Origin: Eledone cirrhosa
Lineage: Eukaryota
Direction of reading: 5' to 3'
Assembly: GCA_964016885.1 (NCBI GenBank)
Contig: OZ024758.1
Location: 15,128,001-15,192,000, forward strand
DNA length: 64,000 nt
Shown: one piece after another, positions 1 to 13,602 of the stretch
Layout of the letters: each line of letters opens with the position of its first letter
Position numbering within the stretch: position 1 is the stretch's first letter
Program-made: the position numbers and the translations under genes
The notes under the pieces: model-generated
The model's database searches: none
What the model saw: only the letters and a program-made list of their open reading frames with translations
Told to the model about the DNA's origin: nothing

Positions 1-665
1 TATGTGTGTATGTATATATATATATATATATGTATATATATGTATGTATGTATGTGTATATATATATGTATTTATGTACATGCAAGTATATATGTATACA
101 CATATATATATATATACATACATACATACATACACATATATATATATATATACATACATACACATATATATATATACATACACATATATATACATACACA
201 TATATATACATACACACATATATATAAATATACACACACATATAAACGTACTCGTATATACATACGCATATATACATACGCATATATACACATATATACG
301 CAACACATATATATATATATATATATATTCCCCATAACCTTGTCAATATATATATGTATATTATATAAATATATGAATTTCATTCATTTTCTATGTATGT
401 ATATATATATATGTATTTATGTACATGCATGTATATGCAAGTATATATATGTATACACATATATATACATACACATATATATATATATATACAAACACAC
501 ACACATATACATACACATATATATACATACACATATACATATACACACATATATAAACGTACTCATATATACATACGCGTATATACATACACATATATAC
601 GCACACATATATACATATGTATATAAGTAGTAGTATTTAATTTGTACATATGTATATATATGTGT
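1..665. repeat. (TA)n/(CA)n/TATG compound microsatellite
   Basis: Near-pure TA/CA/TG dinucleotide mosaic; explains the Y/I/H/T-rich ORFs in all frames. Confidence 0.95.
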
Positions 666-1216
666 ATATCTATCTATAAGGAGCAACAGCTTGATCTATT
701 CAATTGCTTTATTGATCTCAGGAAATCCTTTGACACAGGCGGAGGCCAGCTCCTTTGAGTATAGAAGCTGGGTTGTCCTGGGAAGCTTACAGTGCTTATA
801 CATCTATTGTATGAGGCCATAAGGGGGTATGGGTTTGCATCAATAGTGAGCTCCTAGAACCCTTCACAGTTGAGACATGTGGAACAGGGTGACCTGTTTA
901 CTCCAATTTTTGTTTGCCTTCTTTGCAGTTGTTTTGTTAAAAGCCTTCACCAACACCGATGTTGGCCTATATATGTGTGTTATGGAACAAGAAACCTCTT
1001 TAAAATCTGATTCCTTATTGCATGGAAAGCACTGGTATATGAACTTTATGCAGATGACTATGATCTTGTTAGCCACATGTAAGAAGACCTTCAGCTTCTA
1101 ATGGATTGCTTCTCGACAGTGTGTGGTGAGCTTGGGTTGACAATCAGCCTGAAAATAAATGATGTTCCAGCATACACCCAGAAAACCTTATATTCAACCA
1201 TCCATACCTCTCAAAG

Positions 1217-1485
1217 GTGCATGGCTGAGCGGTTAGAGAATTGGATTTGCAATCATGAGGTTGTGAGTTCAATTCCTGAACCAGGCAATGCATTATGTCC
1301 TTGAGCAAGACATTTTATTTCAGGTTGCTCCTTCTGCTTGGATTTGTGACTGATAGATAGTATTAGCAATTGGAAAGACCAATGGAAACGCTGTTTCCTC
1401 GGTCCAATATAACAAGCTCCATCCCACTTAAGCAAATGGGGTCTGGGATTTTGTCAATCGACTGATATCTATCAAAGCGAAAATA
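1217..1485 (+). mobile_element. tRNA-derived SINE group B (CORE-like centre), tail type 3, inserted in the LINE
   Basis: A-box-like TGGCTGAGCGGTTAG, B-box-like GAGTTCAATTCC, centre TCCTTGAGCAAGACA; tail shared with 58010-58223. Confidence 0.8.
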
Positions 1486-1648
1486 TTAAAAGTTGTGGCC
1501 AAGTTTGGCTACCTTGGTAGTAGTACTTTCTCCAGAGCCAGCATCCCTAATGAAGAGGTAGACTACTGGCTGTCTAAAGGTTCCGCTGTTTTTGGTAAGC
1601 TAGAGAAGTGCCTGTGATCAGTCAAATATCAATGTGCATATGAAAGTT

Positions 1649-1890
1649 CCTCTTATCGTGTCCACAAGAGTGTCAGTTACAAAGCTTGGCTAGATGTGGT
1701 TCTGCCATAGCTGAACACATTGCTGTCCTTTCTCATTAAACTCTGCTGTCCAATGCTGTGAAGGGGGCATATCAGGAGGTGCTGTGTAGTCTGTGGTTCG
1801 ATGCTGCAGTCACACACACTGCCCCCATTTTGCAAGAGTGACTTTTGCACGTTCAACACCAGACTTTAATCTGTTTAGGCATTTCCACAC
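1649..1890 (-). mobile_element. 3' fragment of an Ingi/Vingi-like (I-group) LINE with CCHC knuckle
   Basis: Minus strand reads WKCLNRLKSGVERAKVTLAKWG, then after a frameshift CDCSIEPQTTQHLLICP. It splits the host RTE between NVHMKV and EVYRAC. Confidence 0.7.
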
Positions 1891-2194
1891 TGCATAGTTG
1901 AAGTGTATCGAGCATGTGTGTTTACAACCTTGCTTTATGGATGTGTGACATGGACAACTTATTGTGACCATATCCACCAACAATGCTTGCACTCTGGCTT
2001 CAAGATCTCATGGAGGTCTTATGCACCAGAGACAAATGTACTACAGCGGACATGTCTGCGAAGCATCATGGCCATGATGATGAAAGAGTGTCTCAAGTGG
2101 TCAGGTCACTTAGTACACCTTGAAGACAGCAGACTTCCAAAACAAACATTGCAGTGTAAGTCACAAGTATTTTAAAGACTGTCTGAAAGATAAC

Positions 2195-2410
2195 TTAACA
2201 CTTTAGCATTTACATTACTCTAAATATACTATTATATTTTCACAGTAAACATTTTATCTCACATGATATCAAATTTACGAGATTTTGATATTATATATTT
2301 TGAGACCAATACCTTAACATCAGTATGAGTGGCCAGTTACAGCTGGTTTGAACAGAAAGAGGTGAGAGAATTCTGGCCGGCTATAGCCGGTTTAAATGCC
2401 AAAGGGTCAA
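2195..2410. mobile_element. piggyBac-type MITE family P1 (~210 bp)
   Basis: TTAA-CACTTTAGCATTT ... AAATGCCAAAGGG-TCAA; same family as 63743-63958. Confidence 0.8.
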
Positions 2411-3271
2411 CATCAAAGCATGAGAAAATCTTGCAACACAGAGCCCAGTGGTGAAAGCTGGTTGCTACCAGTGTTAAGGAATTTGAAAAGAAGCAGAGGG
2501 CCTATGGTAAAGTGAAACGAGTAGCTAAATATATGGGGGATGTTAGTTCTCTTCCAGAACAGGGTTCGAAAGAGACTTCTACCTATGAGGTTTGGATGTG
2601 TATGTATGTCAAAGGCTTTGATACTAAGCCATAACAGACATCATACTCATAGAAATAACAGCTAAAAACATAGAAATAACCCCATACACCATGATTTGGG
2701 ATGAGGCATCTGCACCAAAGTGTCACTCTATAAGTGGGCTAACAGGGCATGGCAAAGCATGCCACACCAATCAAACTCAAGCAAGCAGGAAACACCTGCA
2801 TACCGTGTTGCATGTAAACCACTTCCTGGTTTGATGAGCCATCAAAGGCAGCAACATCAATTACACATTTTTGCCAATGTCTGTTTTTTTTTCGTTTTTT
2901 TTTTTCTGTGAGTTCTGTAATAAGAAGTGGTCGTACACATGTAGTTTCCATCCTGGTGGGTAGAAAGGAAACTGAGTTATTTTTATTTGTATAAATTTCT
3001 GTTCATGTAATAGCTGTCTAAGGTTGTAACTGTTACATAATAGTTACCACTGAAATACGTATAACAGGGATTATGGAATCAATAAATTGTTATACCAATA
3101 CTCTGGAGTATACATACCCTCATGTATACTTCAAGTGCATTCACTACTGCTGGTTGATGAAATAACACAAAATATACCAAGTATATATATATATATATAT
3201 ATAAAGAAAGATGAAATCGAAAATGCAACTGGAGTCTTATTTTTTTTTAAATATTTCTATTTATTTGGTTC

Positions 3272-3307
3272 CTTTACCGGTTTCGCAGTTCTTCTGCTTT
3301 TCAAAAG
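3272..3307 (-). ncRNA. Minimal type I hammerhead-like motif with U3-A8 core variant
   Basis: Minus strand: CTT TTGAAAA GCAG aagaa CTGC GAAA CCGG TA AAG. Stem I is only 3 bp; stem III is palindromic. Confidence 0.5.
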
Positions 3308-3349
3308 TAGAGTTGAGATGGAGGGTCTGTGGTTGCTCTCTCTCTCTCT

Positions 3350-3403
<54 letters not shown>

Positions 3404-3963
3404 TGTCTAAGTATATATAGATATTTATATATGTATATTTATATAGGTGTATGTTATGAGTCTGGAACTAGCTATTGAAACGACAAAATCTCAGCCGTCG
3501 GGCCCCGACCCTCTATAATATAGCCATACACCACTATCTCAAGAAGCGAATACTCTAACTAGTTTTACTTTGGTTCTATCCTGATGTTTGTGTGTGTGTG
3601 TGTGTGGGCATGCATACACATGTATATTTAATACACCGTATTTTTACAGATTCAGTCTTATTGCTATGCTCCTTTTGTTCCCTTTAAACCATGTTTTGGA
3701 TTATCTGGTGACCGTCTTGTTTAAAAGCAGTTTGGAAATAAAATCTTGCTTTGTCTCCCCGATTCCTGGACACAGTCAGTCTTTTAGTGTCAAAGAGCAC
3801 GCCTTTAAATCACACCCCACGTTAGGATAATGTAGACCTGGATCAGGGACAACCCGGAGTTAAAGAACCTCAACCACTGCAGACTATGAGTGAACCTGTT
3901 TATTTGTCGCTCGACTTGCTAAAAATGATAGCAACCTTTCCCTTCTTTACATCATATTGTGTG

Positions 3964-4006
<43 letters not shown>

Positions 4007-5221
4007 GTGTGTTTGTGTGTATGTATAGTTCAAACCTATGAATATATATATATATATATATATATCCTGTTTAATATAGAAATGGCTTCTACTGGACTAG
4101 AACTGTTTCGTTCAAAAGAAATCATAAGGACTTGTAATATATCTAGGACCACATTATCCAATATCTGGAAGTAAAGATGCGATGGTCATGCTCGGAATGC
4201 GTTAGATTTGCTCGAACGGAGAACGGGAAAATCTGGTGACTGCAACTTGCATTGCTTACACAAACATACACACACAATTTCTGAAGTGTCATTGATTTTA
4301 AAAATTGTCTCTTAGAAAGACGTTCCTAGCAATAATTAATTGATTATTTATATATATATATATATACTTCTATTTAATCTTATATATTTGTTATATGATA
4401 ATAAAAAAGTTTCTTCTAAAGTTTTATAGAATCGATTTATTATTATTTGTTATAATAATATTTCATAATTATCATCTTCCTCGCCGAAATTCATCCGCTC
4501 TTTGTTGTCGATCTTTTATAACTTCATAAGATTATTTTCTAAGTTAAAAACAATATCTTTTTCGGAAATTATTCTTTTTAGTCTTATTTTACACTCCATT
4601 CTTTCTTCTCAATCTAAATTTTTTTTTTTTTTTTTCTATTAAATTGTATTGATATATTTTTACGTAGAATAACATTTTCCCTGTGGTAGAAATATATTAA
4701 TGGCAAAGAATGACAAACAAAACAGAACAAAGTATATTTCAAGGCCCTACTCTCTTTTTAAATCAAAGAAATATAACTTTTATTCTCTTTGAGATTCTTC
4801 ATTTCTTCTGGTTTTGTTAGACTTTAATTTCTTTTAAAAGGAATTTAAAAGCCTTTTCAAACTTCGCTTAGTTTCTGTTAAAGCTGTAAACATGTTAAGT
4901 TTACAAGAAATTTACATTTTTTTTTTTCTTCCTCTATATAATTGTTTCTACTTTTGGCACAAAGCCAGCAAATACGCAGTGCATTACTGGTACTTTTCAG
5001 ATTTAGTTAGGCACAAGGCCAGCAATTTTGGGGGAGGGGAAAGTCGATTAAATCGACCCCCCCCCCCCCCCCCAGTACGTTACTAGTACTTTATTTTATC
5101 GACCCTGTAAGGATGAAAGGTCTCTCTTCTATAATGATTAATGGTTTTTATATGAATGTTGATAGAGGTGCCAAGAGACTCGAACTCACCATGGTTCAAT
5201 TATTTCAACTCGTTTATTTTA

Positions 5222-5259
<38 letters not shown>

Positions 5260-5297
5260 TTTAATACCCAAATGGATGCGTTTTATTGAACAACAAT

Positions 5298-5328
<31 letters not shown>

Positions 5329-5937
5329 ATATATATATATTGTTTCAAGCTAGAGTGCATATTTTTCTTTGAAATATGTGCTTTGTGTATATATACAATA
5401 TATTGTGTATTCTCTTCGATATATGGTTTCTCTCTCTCTCTATACATATATATATATACACACACACACATGTATCTTATATACACACTACTTATATACA
5501 CACTACTTATATATATATATAAGTAGTGTGTATATATATATAATTCAAAATTAAGATACATGTGTGTGTGTATATAATGTGCTGTTTTATTTTGCGTAAT
5601 AGTTCTTTGACAATACTTGGTTAACAAAGAATGAAGTATTGTTGTTTATTCCCAGTTCGGTTCTCATCCAATAGAACTATGATCGAAAGGTGTTCCAACC
5701 TTAGCCATTCCATCCTTTGTTACGTGTATCTTGGACTACATTAGCAAATGTGTCCTCCTCCAACATACCTTTTGATATATAGTACAGTGTGATTTAAGGG
5801 AGATTTGTTGGTTCTAGAATTAAATATTTTTTTTAGTGAGGGTTATATAATTTTATTTTAAATTATACACGCACGCACGCACGCACGTACGTCTGTGATT
5901 GTCTTATTGATATGTATTCGTAAATATTAAAGTTATT

Positions 5938-6014
5938 TAATAGATTCTGAAGAGATTAATATAACGGGAATAAATATTCCTGTTATTTTAATCGAAGTGT
6001 TCGTCAATTTATTA
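5938..6014 (+). ncRNA. Type I hammerhead fold, probably inactivated (GAAG for GAAA)
   Basis: TAATAGATT CTGAAGA [GATTAAtATAACGGGAAT aaat ATTCCTGTTATtTTAATC] GAAG TGTTCG TC AATTTATTA; 9-bp stem I, ~17-bp stem II. Confidence 0.7.
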
Positions 6015-6464
6015 GGATTTACCTTAAATCCTGGTTATTCTTTATTAATTTATATATATAACGTATGTATTTTTTCTTACTATGATGTTTTGTAATATTT
6101 TACATAGATCAATAATTGAATGGACATACGATCGTAAAATAATGAGCTTTACTATGAATTAACCGTTTTGTGTTCATTGTTTTAATATATATATATACAC
6201 GCACACGCGCACGCACTTTCTCTCTCTACATATATATATGCATACATACACTATATATGTATATATATCTATCTATCTATCTATATGCACATACACGCAC
6301 TTTGCTGGTTGTTCCATTAGAAAGTGGACTAAATTTCTGTGAGATAAAAACAAAATGTGTCACCGGTTCCATTAATAAAGCAGTTAATCGTTTCTGTCTA
6401 TTGACTGGTCTATTTTAACAATCCTGTTGGCAACTGGACGTTGTTGTGTCCACCATAAATATTT

Positions 6465-6541
<77 letters not shown>

Positions 6542-6668
6542 CTCTCTCTCTCCGTCTCTCTCTCTCTCCCCGTCTATACATAGACTTTTTAATTAATACA
6601 TTAGGATTGCTTTCACATCCACTTAAAAGTATATTAGATTTTGAAATGAGTTGGTAGTGAGGGATAAA

Positions 6669-6703
<35 letters not shown>

Positions 6704-6780
6704 CTTTTAGTAAACAATGTTTTCGTGTGGGCTATGACGCGCATGTGCACACGCATACACACATACACACACACACGCGC

Positions 6781-6876
6781 ACAGTGTCTCAGAAAATGTA
6801 TACACACTTTGATTACCTGTTCAGGCAATATTTATTAGAATGCAGTCTTTGTGTATACATTTTTTGGGACACCCTG
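6781..6876. mobile_element. Short Tc1/mariner-type MITE (CAGGGTGTCCC...GGGACACCCTG)
   Basis: Near-palindromic ~80-100 bp unit; further copies at ~10045-10120, 10975-11042, 11146-11243, 12138-12230, 52096-52173 and 53063-53135, usually in TA/CA tracts. Confidence 0.7.
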
Positions 6877-7566
6877 TGTATATATGTATTCGGGTAAAAT
6901 TCCGTTATAACGAAATTTTCAGTATGGTTCGGTTGATCTCGTTATAAAGAATTTTTTTTTTACAACGAATTTTTTAATACCCTGTAAAAAAAAAAAAATC
7001 TTTATAACGTGTGTGTATGTATATATATATAACACGCACACATATATACACATGACGGAAGGGGCTATTTTATGTACTGGTGTACATAGAACTGCTAAAC
7101 ATTAACTGAATGACCACTCAATAGGTGTAGGTAGTGTAAATTTTAGTTCCTGAGTAGACTAGTGGTTGTGACTTCGAAGTCAGTGCCATTTTTTTTCTAC
7201 ACGCACGCGCTCACGTCTTAATATATATTCTTATGATTAGCTTTCTTTTAGGGTTGATAAAATGTGTACACGTCAGGTATAATCGATTAACTCTTCCTAT
7301 CTCTCAAAATATATGGCCTATGTTAGAAATTATTCTGGTTGTAGGATGGTATGTCGTGTTGAACTTTCAGTACATTTGTCGTGTTGGTATTTCTACAAAT
7401 TAAAACAGTCTTTAAAATATTTTGGTAATTTGGTTGATCAATTCTTTTAAGCATAGGAGTTTCGCATACATCGGAGTACGGGTTTCTGAGGTACTTTCAT
7501 AAATAAATAGAGAGAGAAAGAGATAGTGTTTGTGAAAGAGTAGATTGACAGACTTGTCTGTATTAT

Positions 7567-7745
7567 TTGGCAGTATCGGTAGAGGGTCGGACGCCATGCT
7601 TTGGCGCATAGTTACGGCCCTTGTCATTCTGAGTTCAAATCCCGCCGAGGTTAACTTTGCCTTTCATCCTTATGGGGTCGATAAAATAAAATACCAGTAA
7701 TACACTGTGTAATTGCTGGCCTTGTGCCAAAAGTAGAAACAATTA
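7567..7745 (+). mobile_element. tRNA-derived SINE group A
   Basis: TTGGCAGTATCGGTAG head, GAGTTCAAATCCCGCC B-box, conserved GCCTTTCATCCTTACGGGGTCGATAAAATAAAGTACCAG centre (Deu/Nin-like by recall), GGCCTTGTGCCAAAAGTAGAAAC end; more than 20 copies or fragments in the window. Confidence 0.9.
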
Positions 7746-8072
7746 TTTAATTATTTTTAAGTAAACATGATTTTAAAATATCTTTAAGCGAACGTGACCC
7801 AATGGGTCACGGGTGGTCTAGTAGAAGATAAATCTTTATTAATATTGTTAGTCTCTTTAGAATTTCCCTAAAATTAGTTAGGCTATATGCGTCAGGGTTC
7901 TTTTACATTTACACTAGTTTGATGTTCTTGTGGAAACAATCCTAACGTTCATAGGTCATTATTAACAATAGATGTGCTTTGAAGAAAATGAAAATATCTC
8001 GTCCGATTCACCGGATTTATTTCGTATGCTCCGTTGATCATACATAAGAGCCAGCAAGGAATCCTTCACCCT

Positions 8073-8110
<38 letters not shown>

Positions 8111-8130
8111 ACAATTTTGTAATGTTATTT

Positions 8131-8265
8131 ATATAACGGAGTTGTGGTAAGGAACCAGATGGACCATAACGCACCAGAGTACTCAATACTTAGGGTAGTA
8201 GAGTGGGTAATAGGAAAAAGTATGACCCCGACGGCAGAGCTCAAGCCGTTTCGACGGCTATTTCA
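8131..8265. repeat. Dispersed (TA)n-associated repeat family D (GAGTACTCAATACTT core)
   Basis: Related copies at 13386-13560, 17160-17316, 26720-26792, 36055-36195 and 50548-50668. Confidence 0.75.
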
Positions 8266-8277
8266 TATATATATATT

Positions 8278-8311
<34 letters not shown>

Positions 8312-8716
8312 TGTGTGTAACTGTACAATATACACTGGCATTTTAACGTATTCTTACCAGTGCTTTACTTGACTAGCTTTTATATTTACTAGTACACCAG
8401 GTCTGAACACAGAAGAGCCGAACTCCCGCTGTCATCGTTTCCATCTCTCTCGACCTCGCGACAAGTTAGAAATATCCAAATCCGAAAAGGGGGTTATCTT
8501 TAAAAGATTAAAGACACATTAGCATAAAAAAAGACGGGATGGTCAAAGCTGGAACAACTTTGATCATGAGCTGTTCAAAACTGACCTGGAGCTAAGCAAA
8601 AGTTTAGCTGTGATATTTATATCATGTGACTTGACAGATGTCTAAACGATGTCAAACACTTGTTAGATGTTTATTTCTACTCCTTGCTGAGAATCAACCA
8701 ACACTTAAGCTATATA

Positions 8717-8880
8717 CAGTGCCGGGTTTATCATTGTGCTTAGATGTTTAAGCACTGGGTCCCGTTGGCCAGGAAGGACCCATCTTCCTGCTAAATTTTT
8801 TTTTACTTCATTCAGGGCCCAAATAAGTGGCCTCATAACTTAACTAGCACAGTGCCTCATTTGTCCTAAATCCGGCACTA
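8717..8880. mobile_element. hAT-type MITE, 164 bp
   Basis: TIRs CAGTGCCGGGTTTA / TAAATCCGGCACTA; 8-bp flanks GCTATATA / GCTATATG. Confidence 0.8.
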
Positions 8881-9473
8881 GCTATATGATACTTGCTATT
8901 AGACATACAGGGTGTATAAAAAGTTTGTCATAGGGTATATATTTTAAACAAATGACCATATAATCAGGCAGTAACTTGTACAATACATCTGAATATATAT
9001 ACCTATATATATACCTATATAACTTTTATGAATTTCTATGAAGTTATTTACATATAGAGTATTTGTAAAAATTGTAAATTAAATCGGATGATTCTTTTTG
9101 ATACACACTCTGTATACTAAGGCGTATATGGACTTATATATATATATATATATATAATAAACATGCATTTCGTATCGCTGTGAGTATTTTGAGGTGTGAT
9201 CATATATAATATATTGTAGTATATATCTTTTGAGTTCATATCCCCTCAGGAATGTATTTTTGACTTTCGTCCGTCTAGGGTTGATAAAATAAGTCGAGTA
9301 TTGAACCCAATTAAAGCGACTGTTCCCCCATCCCCAAACAATGTGATATACTTATGTTAAAAATATTTATTTTCTATTATCTTTATTATTCATTACTTTC
9401 GTTTTATAAAGCTGGTGATTTCAATCTAAGTCGAACATCGAAGAATATTTCAACTGATTCAAATGAGCTGTTT

Positions 9474-9660
9474 AGGGTGGATTGGCAGTATCGGTAGAGG
9501 GTCGGACGCCATGCTTTCCAGCATAGTTACATCCCTTTACGGTCTGAGTTCAAATCCCGCCGAGGTTAACTTTGCCTTTCATCCTTACGGGGTCGATAAA
9601 ATAAAGTACCAGTAATGTACTGGGTGATTGATGGCCTTGTGCCAAAAGTAGAAAAATTTT
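9474..9660 (+). mobile_element. SINE group A, full length
   Basis: Close match to the 14027-14208 and 55048-55232 copies. Confidence 0.9.
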
Positions 9661-10114
9661 ATTATTTATAAGGGGGCAGACCCAAAGTTTACTTAAAATT
9701 ATATATTTAAAAGGGGGTAGATCCCACTGTTTAGAAGGGGGGTAGATCCGACTCTGTTTAATTAAAATGATATATTATTTAAAAAGGGGTAGATCCCTTT
9801 TTGTTTAGTTAAAATTATATATTATTTAAAAGGGGGTAGATCTCGAAGAACACAACAGCCTATAGGTGTGTGTGTGTGTCAGTTTGTGTAGATCCATTTA
9901 GATGTCAAAAGAATAAGAAAACTATTGTAAATTCTTAACGCCTCTTAATTTAATATTTCATCTATTAAAAGATATTTTATTTTTATAACTTTGAGTATTT
10001 CTGCTTGTCCGGAATCTAAAGAAAATGTCATATATATATATATATGGGATGCCCTAAAATGTATACACACTTCAACGGCATCCTAATAAAAGTAAATGTA
10101 CATTTTTTTGGGAC

Positions 10115-10158
<44 letters not shown>

Positions 10159-11241
10159 GTGTGTGTGTGTGTGTGGGTAATAAAACAAACGGTAAGTACA
10201 TGGAAGAAATATATTAGTTTAACGCTTGAATTTAAAGTGATGTGACTATGGTGTGTGTGTGTGTATATATATATATATATTTGTTTTGCAAGGTTTTTTA
10301 TATGAAGTCGTGTGTTGGAACATATATTTGGGGAGGGTCATATTTTTATATTGCCAGAAATTTATTTCTGGCAATATTATAACAATATATATATATATAT
10401 ATGTATGTATAAAAAGAGGGGGCATTTATACAATGTGCGTTTTCTTTTATCTTTTCCCTTATATTACATGATCTGTGTAGAACGTTTTCTAACCTACACA
10501 CTTTTTTTCACTATATATATATATGTGTGTTTGTGTGTATATAGTGGTGCCCCAGCATGGCCTAAGCCAGTCTGCTCGAACACGTAATAGAGTAATGTCT
10601 GTAAAATGTGGATTTATTTCCGTTATTTTTATAGTATGGCAGTTGTTATACAATATACCTGCTACTATTATAGATGTCTGTTTATATATATGATATATCT
10701 TGCTGCTATATACACACGTACCAAGTGCTGTGTGCAGTATATATAGTTGAAAGTTCGCTTCTGCCAGATTTATTGGCAGCCGGATGCTTTTCGCATATTT
10801 ACCGCCTACATTATCTTCCAAGAATAGGGTTGTCTCTTCCATAAGTAGTTCTGCTTTGCTCACGCAACCCCTTATTTGCTTTGCTTGTTTTGTTTATAGA
10901 TTTATATATATATATATACATATATATACATACATACATACATACATACATACATACAGCCCCCCCCCCCCCCCCTCCCAAAATATATATACACTTCAAC
11001 ATCATTCTAATAAGTGTGTATATATTTTGGGGGACACTCTGTATGTATGTATGTATATATGTATTATATATATATATATATAACAATGTATTGAGTACTT
11101 TACTTACCCCCCGATTGAACCCAGGACGGACACACACACATATCTATAGGTTGTCCCCCAAAACTACACATTTCAACAGCATTCTAATAAATATTGCCTG
11201 TACAGGTAATCAAAGTGTGTATACATTTTTCGGGACACCCT

Positions 11242-11281
<40 letters not shown>

Positions 11282-11283
<2 letters not shown>

Positions 11284-11462
11284 AGGGTCGACTAAAAATT
11301 TATAGGCTGACCAAGATACTCATGGAATGACCAAACGAGGTTTATTTTTCAACATAGTCCCTGGAAAGAAACAAAGAAGGATTGAAATTAATGCATGTAA
11401 AATTTTACAGCACTAGCATGACCCTTTCATAATGGACATATGAACTTTTCAGCCTAGCCTTG
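11282..11462. mobile_element. Mariner-type MITE
   Basis: TA-CAAGGGTCGACTAAAAATTTATAG ... ATATGAACTTTTCAGCCTAGCCTTG-TA imperfect TIRs; a partial end recurs at ~50083-50122. Confidence 0.6.
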
Positions 11463-12859
11463 TATATGGTTTACAAACATTTCGCAAACCTAACCCCGTC
11501 GCTTTCTTATTCCGTGTCGCCCCTCCTTCGATTCTGCTTTCTCTAGCTTCACATCCAGAGTTCATCTAAAGACAGGATTATGACGAATTTTTTTTTTTCC
11601 TCTAGCAGGAATTGTTGATAATTATTGGAAAGACAGACAGACAGAAAGACAGAAAGTTTTGTGACATCGATTTACGACTCGCATCTTTCTTTATTCTCCT
11701 CTTTCATAGGATTATTGAGTAAAGTTGTATTTAATATAAAAGCCTCTCTAGTTTCTATGTACTTACTCATAGAAAACATCCAATCTCACAAACTGAAGTT
11801 TGATATTAGCCAACATAAATCATCGACTTTACCTACCTTCTCTCTTTCACAGTTAAGTTCGGCATTTATTTTAAGGTTTCATAAATCATTTATTTAATTA
11901 TCATGAACATTTTGTACCAAATAATCTGAAATGTTGATATATTATTAGATTCAGTCGTTATATTTCTTTAAGTTCGTCATATTTATTAAAATACAGGCGA
12001 TACGATCCTTTATATAAAATAGATATTTTTTAGTGTATGATGATAATTGTGGTTATGATTTGAGAAATGTGACACCGTTTAAGTGTGTGTGTATATAATA
12101 CATTTATTAGGACACTCTGTATGTATATACATATATACAGTGTCCCAATAAATATATACATACTTCAACAGTATTCTAATAAATATTGCCTGTGTAGGTA
12201 ATCAAAGTGTGTATACATTTGGGGGGGGGGGCTTGTGTGGGTCTGTGTGCACGTGTGTTTATGTATGTATGTATGTATGTGTGCGTGTATGTATATATAT
12301 ATCCGTCTAAACCCATGCTAGCGTGGAAGATGGACGTTAAACGATGATGATATATATATATATATATATATCAAATGAAACAACCCAGTTAAAGACTCGC
12401 GTTTATCCCCTGTAATTTAATGAGCTCAAGGAATAATGTGTATATATAAAGTTTCTTTTTAAATACCAATTTATTTTAAAGGTTTTTAAAGCGTTACTAT
12501 AACAATAGCTCAGCTTAGATATAGCTATTGTATCAATAGATAATGAAGCTTTTAATATTAAATGCAGGGAATGCATTAGGAATATTTTCCCTGGCGGTTT
12601 ATGCTTTTGGGGGAAAGGCATGTCTATGTCGGAGAAGATGATGAATATTTGAACCTGTTTATAACCATGGAGTTACCATTTTATTGGGCCAGCATATTTT
12701 GTCTTTGTCGAAAGCTAAGATCATCATATATTATTACATACGCTCGAGTAATCTGCACTGTTGTATAATAAATAATTACTTCAGCTCTTTCTATGCGGTC
12801 TATTGCACCATGCTTAAACCGTGACCTGTGCACTGTCCTGAACTATTCCCCTCCTTGTT

Positions 12860-13098
12860 GTTCAAACATACTCTTTCTCTCCATGTTCAAATATACACTC
12901 TCTCTACTTCTCTCTTTCTCTCCATGTTCAAATATACACTCTCTCTACTTCTCTCTTTCTCTCCATGTTCAAATATACACTCTCTCTTTCTCTCCATGTT
13001 CAAACATTTCTCTCTCTACTTCTCTCCATGTTCAAACATTACACTCTTTCTCTCTCTACTTCTCTCCATGTTCAAACATACGCTCTCTACTCTCTCTT
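12860..13098. repeat. Pyrimidine-rich minisatellite (TTCTCTCCATGTTCAAAYATACAC core, 30-42 bp units)
   Basis: About seven recurrences of TGTTCAAA separated by CT runs. Confidence 0.85.
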
Positions 13099-13555
13099 CA
13101 TAGGTTTCATAGCTCTTCTTCCTATCATATTTTTATTTACTCTATTGTTTACTCTTAACATTCGATCTTCCCTACCTTACTATCTACTCCAATATTTTCT
13201 ACCAATTCCAGAGCGAGCTGGGTGTTGTTCCGTTACTCGTTATTTCTGACTTTTTCTAATAAACACATCCCTTTGTTAAAAGGTGGTCGCGATATCATCA
13301 TTTTAAAATACAGCGATATAAATGATATAGATCGCTTCGTTTAATAGAAATATATTCGTTATTAATATATATATATATATATATATATAACAAAGGAATT
13401 GTGGTAAGGAACCAGATGAACCATAACGCACCAGAGTACTCAATACTTAGGGTAGTAGAGTGGGAAATAGGAAAAAGTATGACCCCCGACGGCTATTTCA
13501 GTCCACAAATAGCCGTCGAAATGGCTTGAGCTCTGCCGTCGGGGTCATACTTTTT

Positions 13556-13602
<47 letters not shown>

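Larger units (their letters stand above)
690..2870 (+). mobile_element. Decayed RTE-clade (BovB-like) LINE ORF2, RT to C-terminus, interrupted by three insertions
   Basis: Ordered motifs across frames: CFIDLRKSFDT (~704), VEQGDLFTPI (~880), ELYADDYDLVSH (~1041), DLQLLMDCFSTVCGELGLTISLK, KVVAKFGYLGS (~1490), SKGSAVFGKL, VYRACVFTTLLYGCVTWT, LKWSGHLVHLEDSRLPKQ, FKDCLKDNL, and a decayed C2H2-like end (HSISGLTGHGKACH ~2723). Many stops and frameshifts. Confidence 0.85.

Noticed and set aside
2-686. Long Y/I/H/T/C-rich ORFs here and at 37515-38822, 40582-41549, 43509-44120 and 50748-51558
   Set aside because: Translations of dinucleotide microsatellites, open in several frames at once.
3118-3149. 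Possible 32-bp minus-strand exon (…CAACCAG / AVVNALEVYMR / GTATGT)
   Set aside because: Splice-like ends only; no partner exons or recognisable homology, and it overlaps a hairpin.
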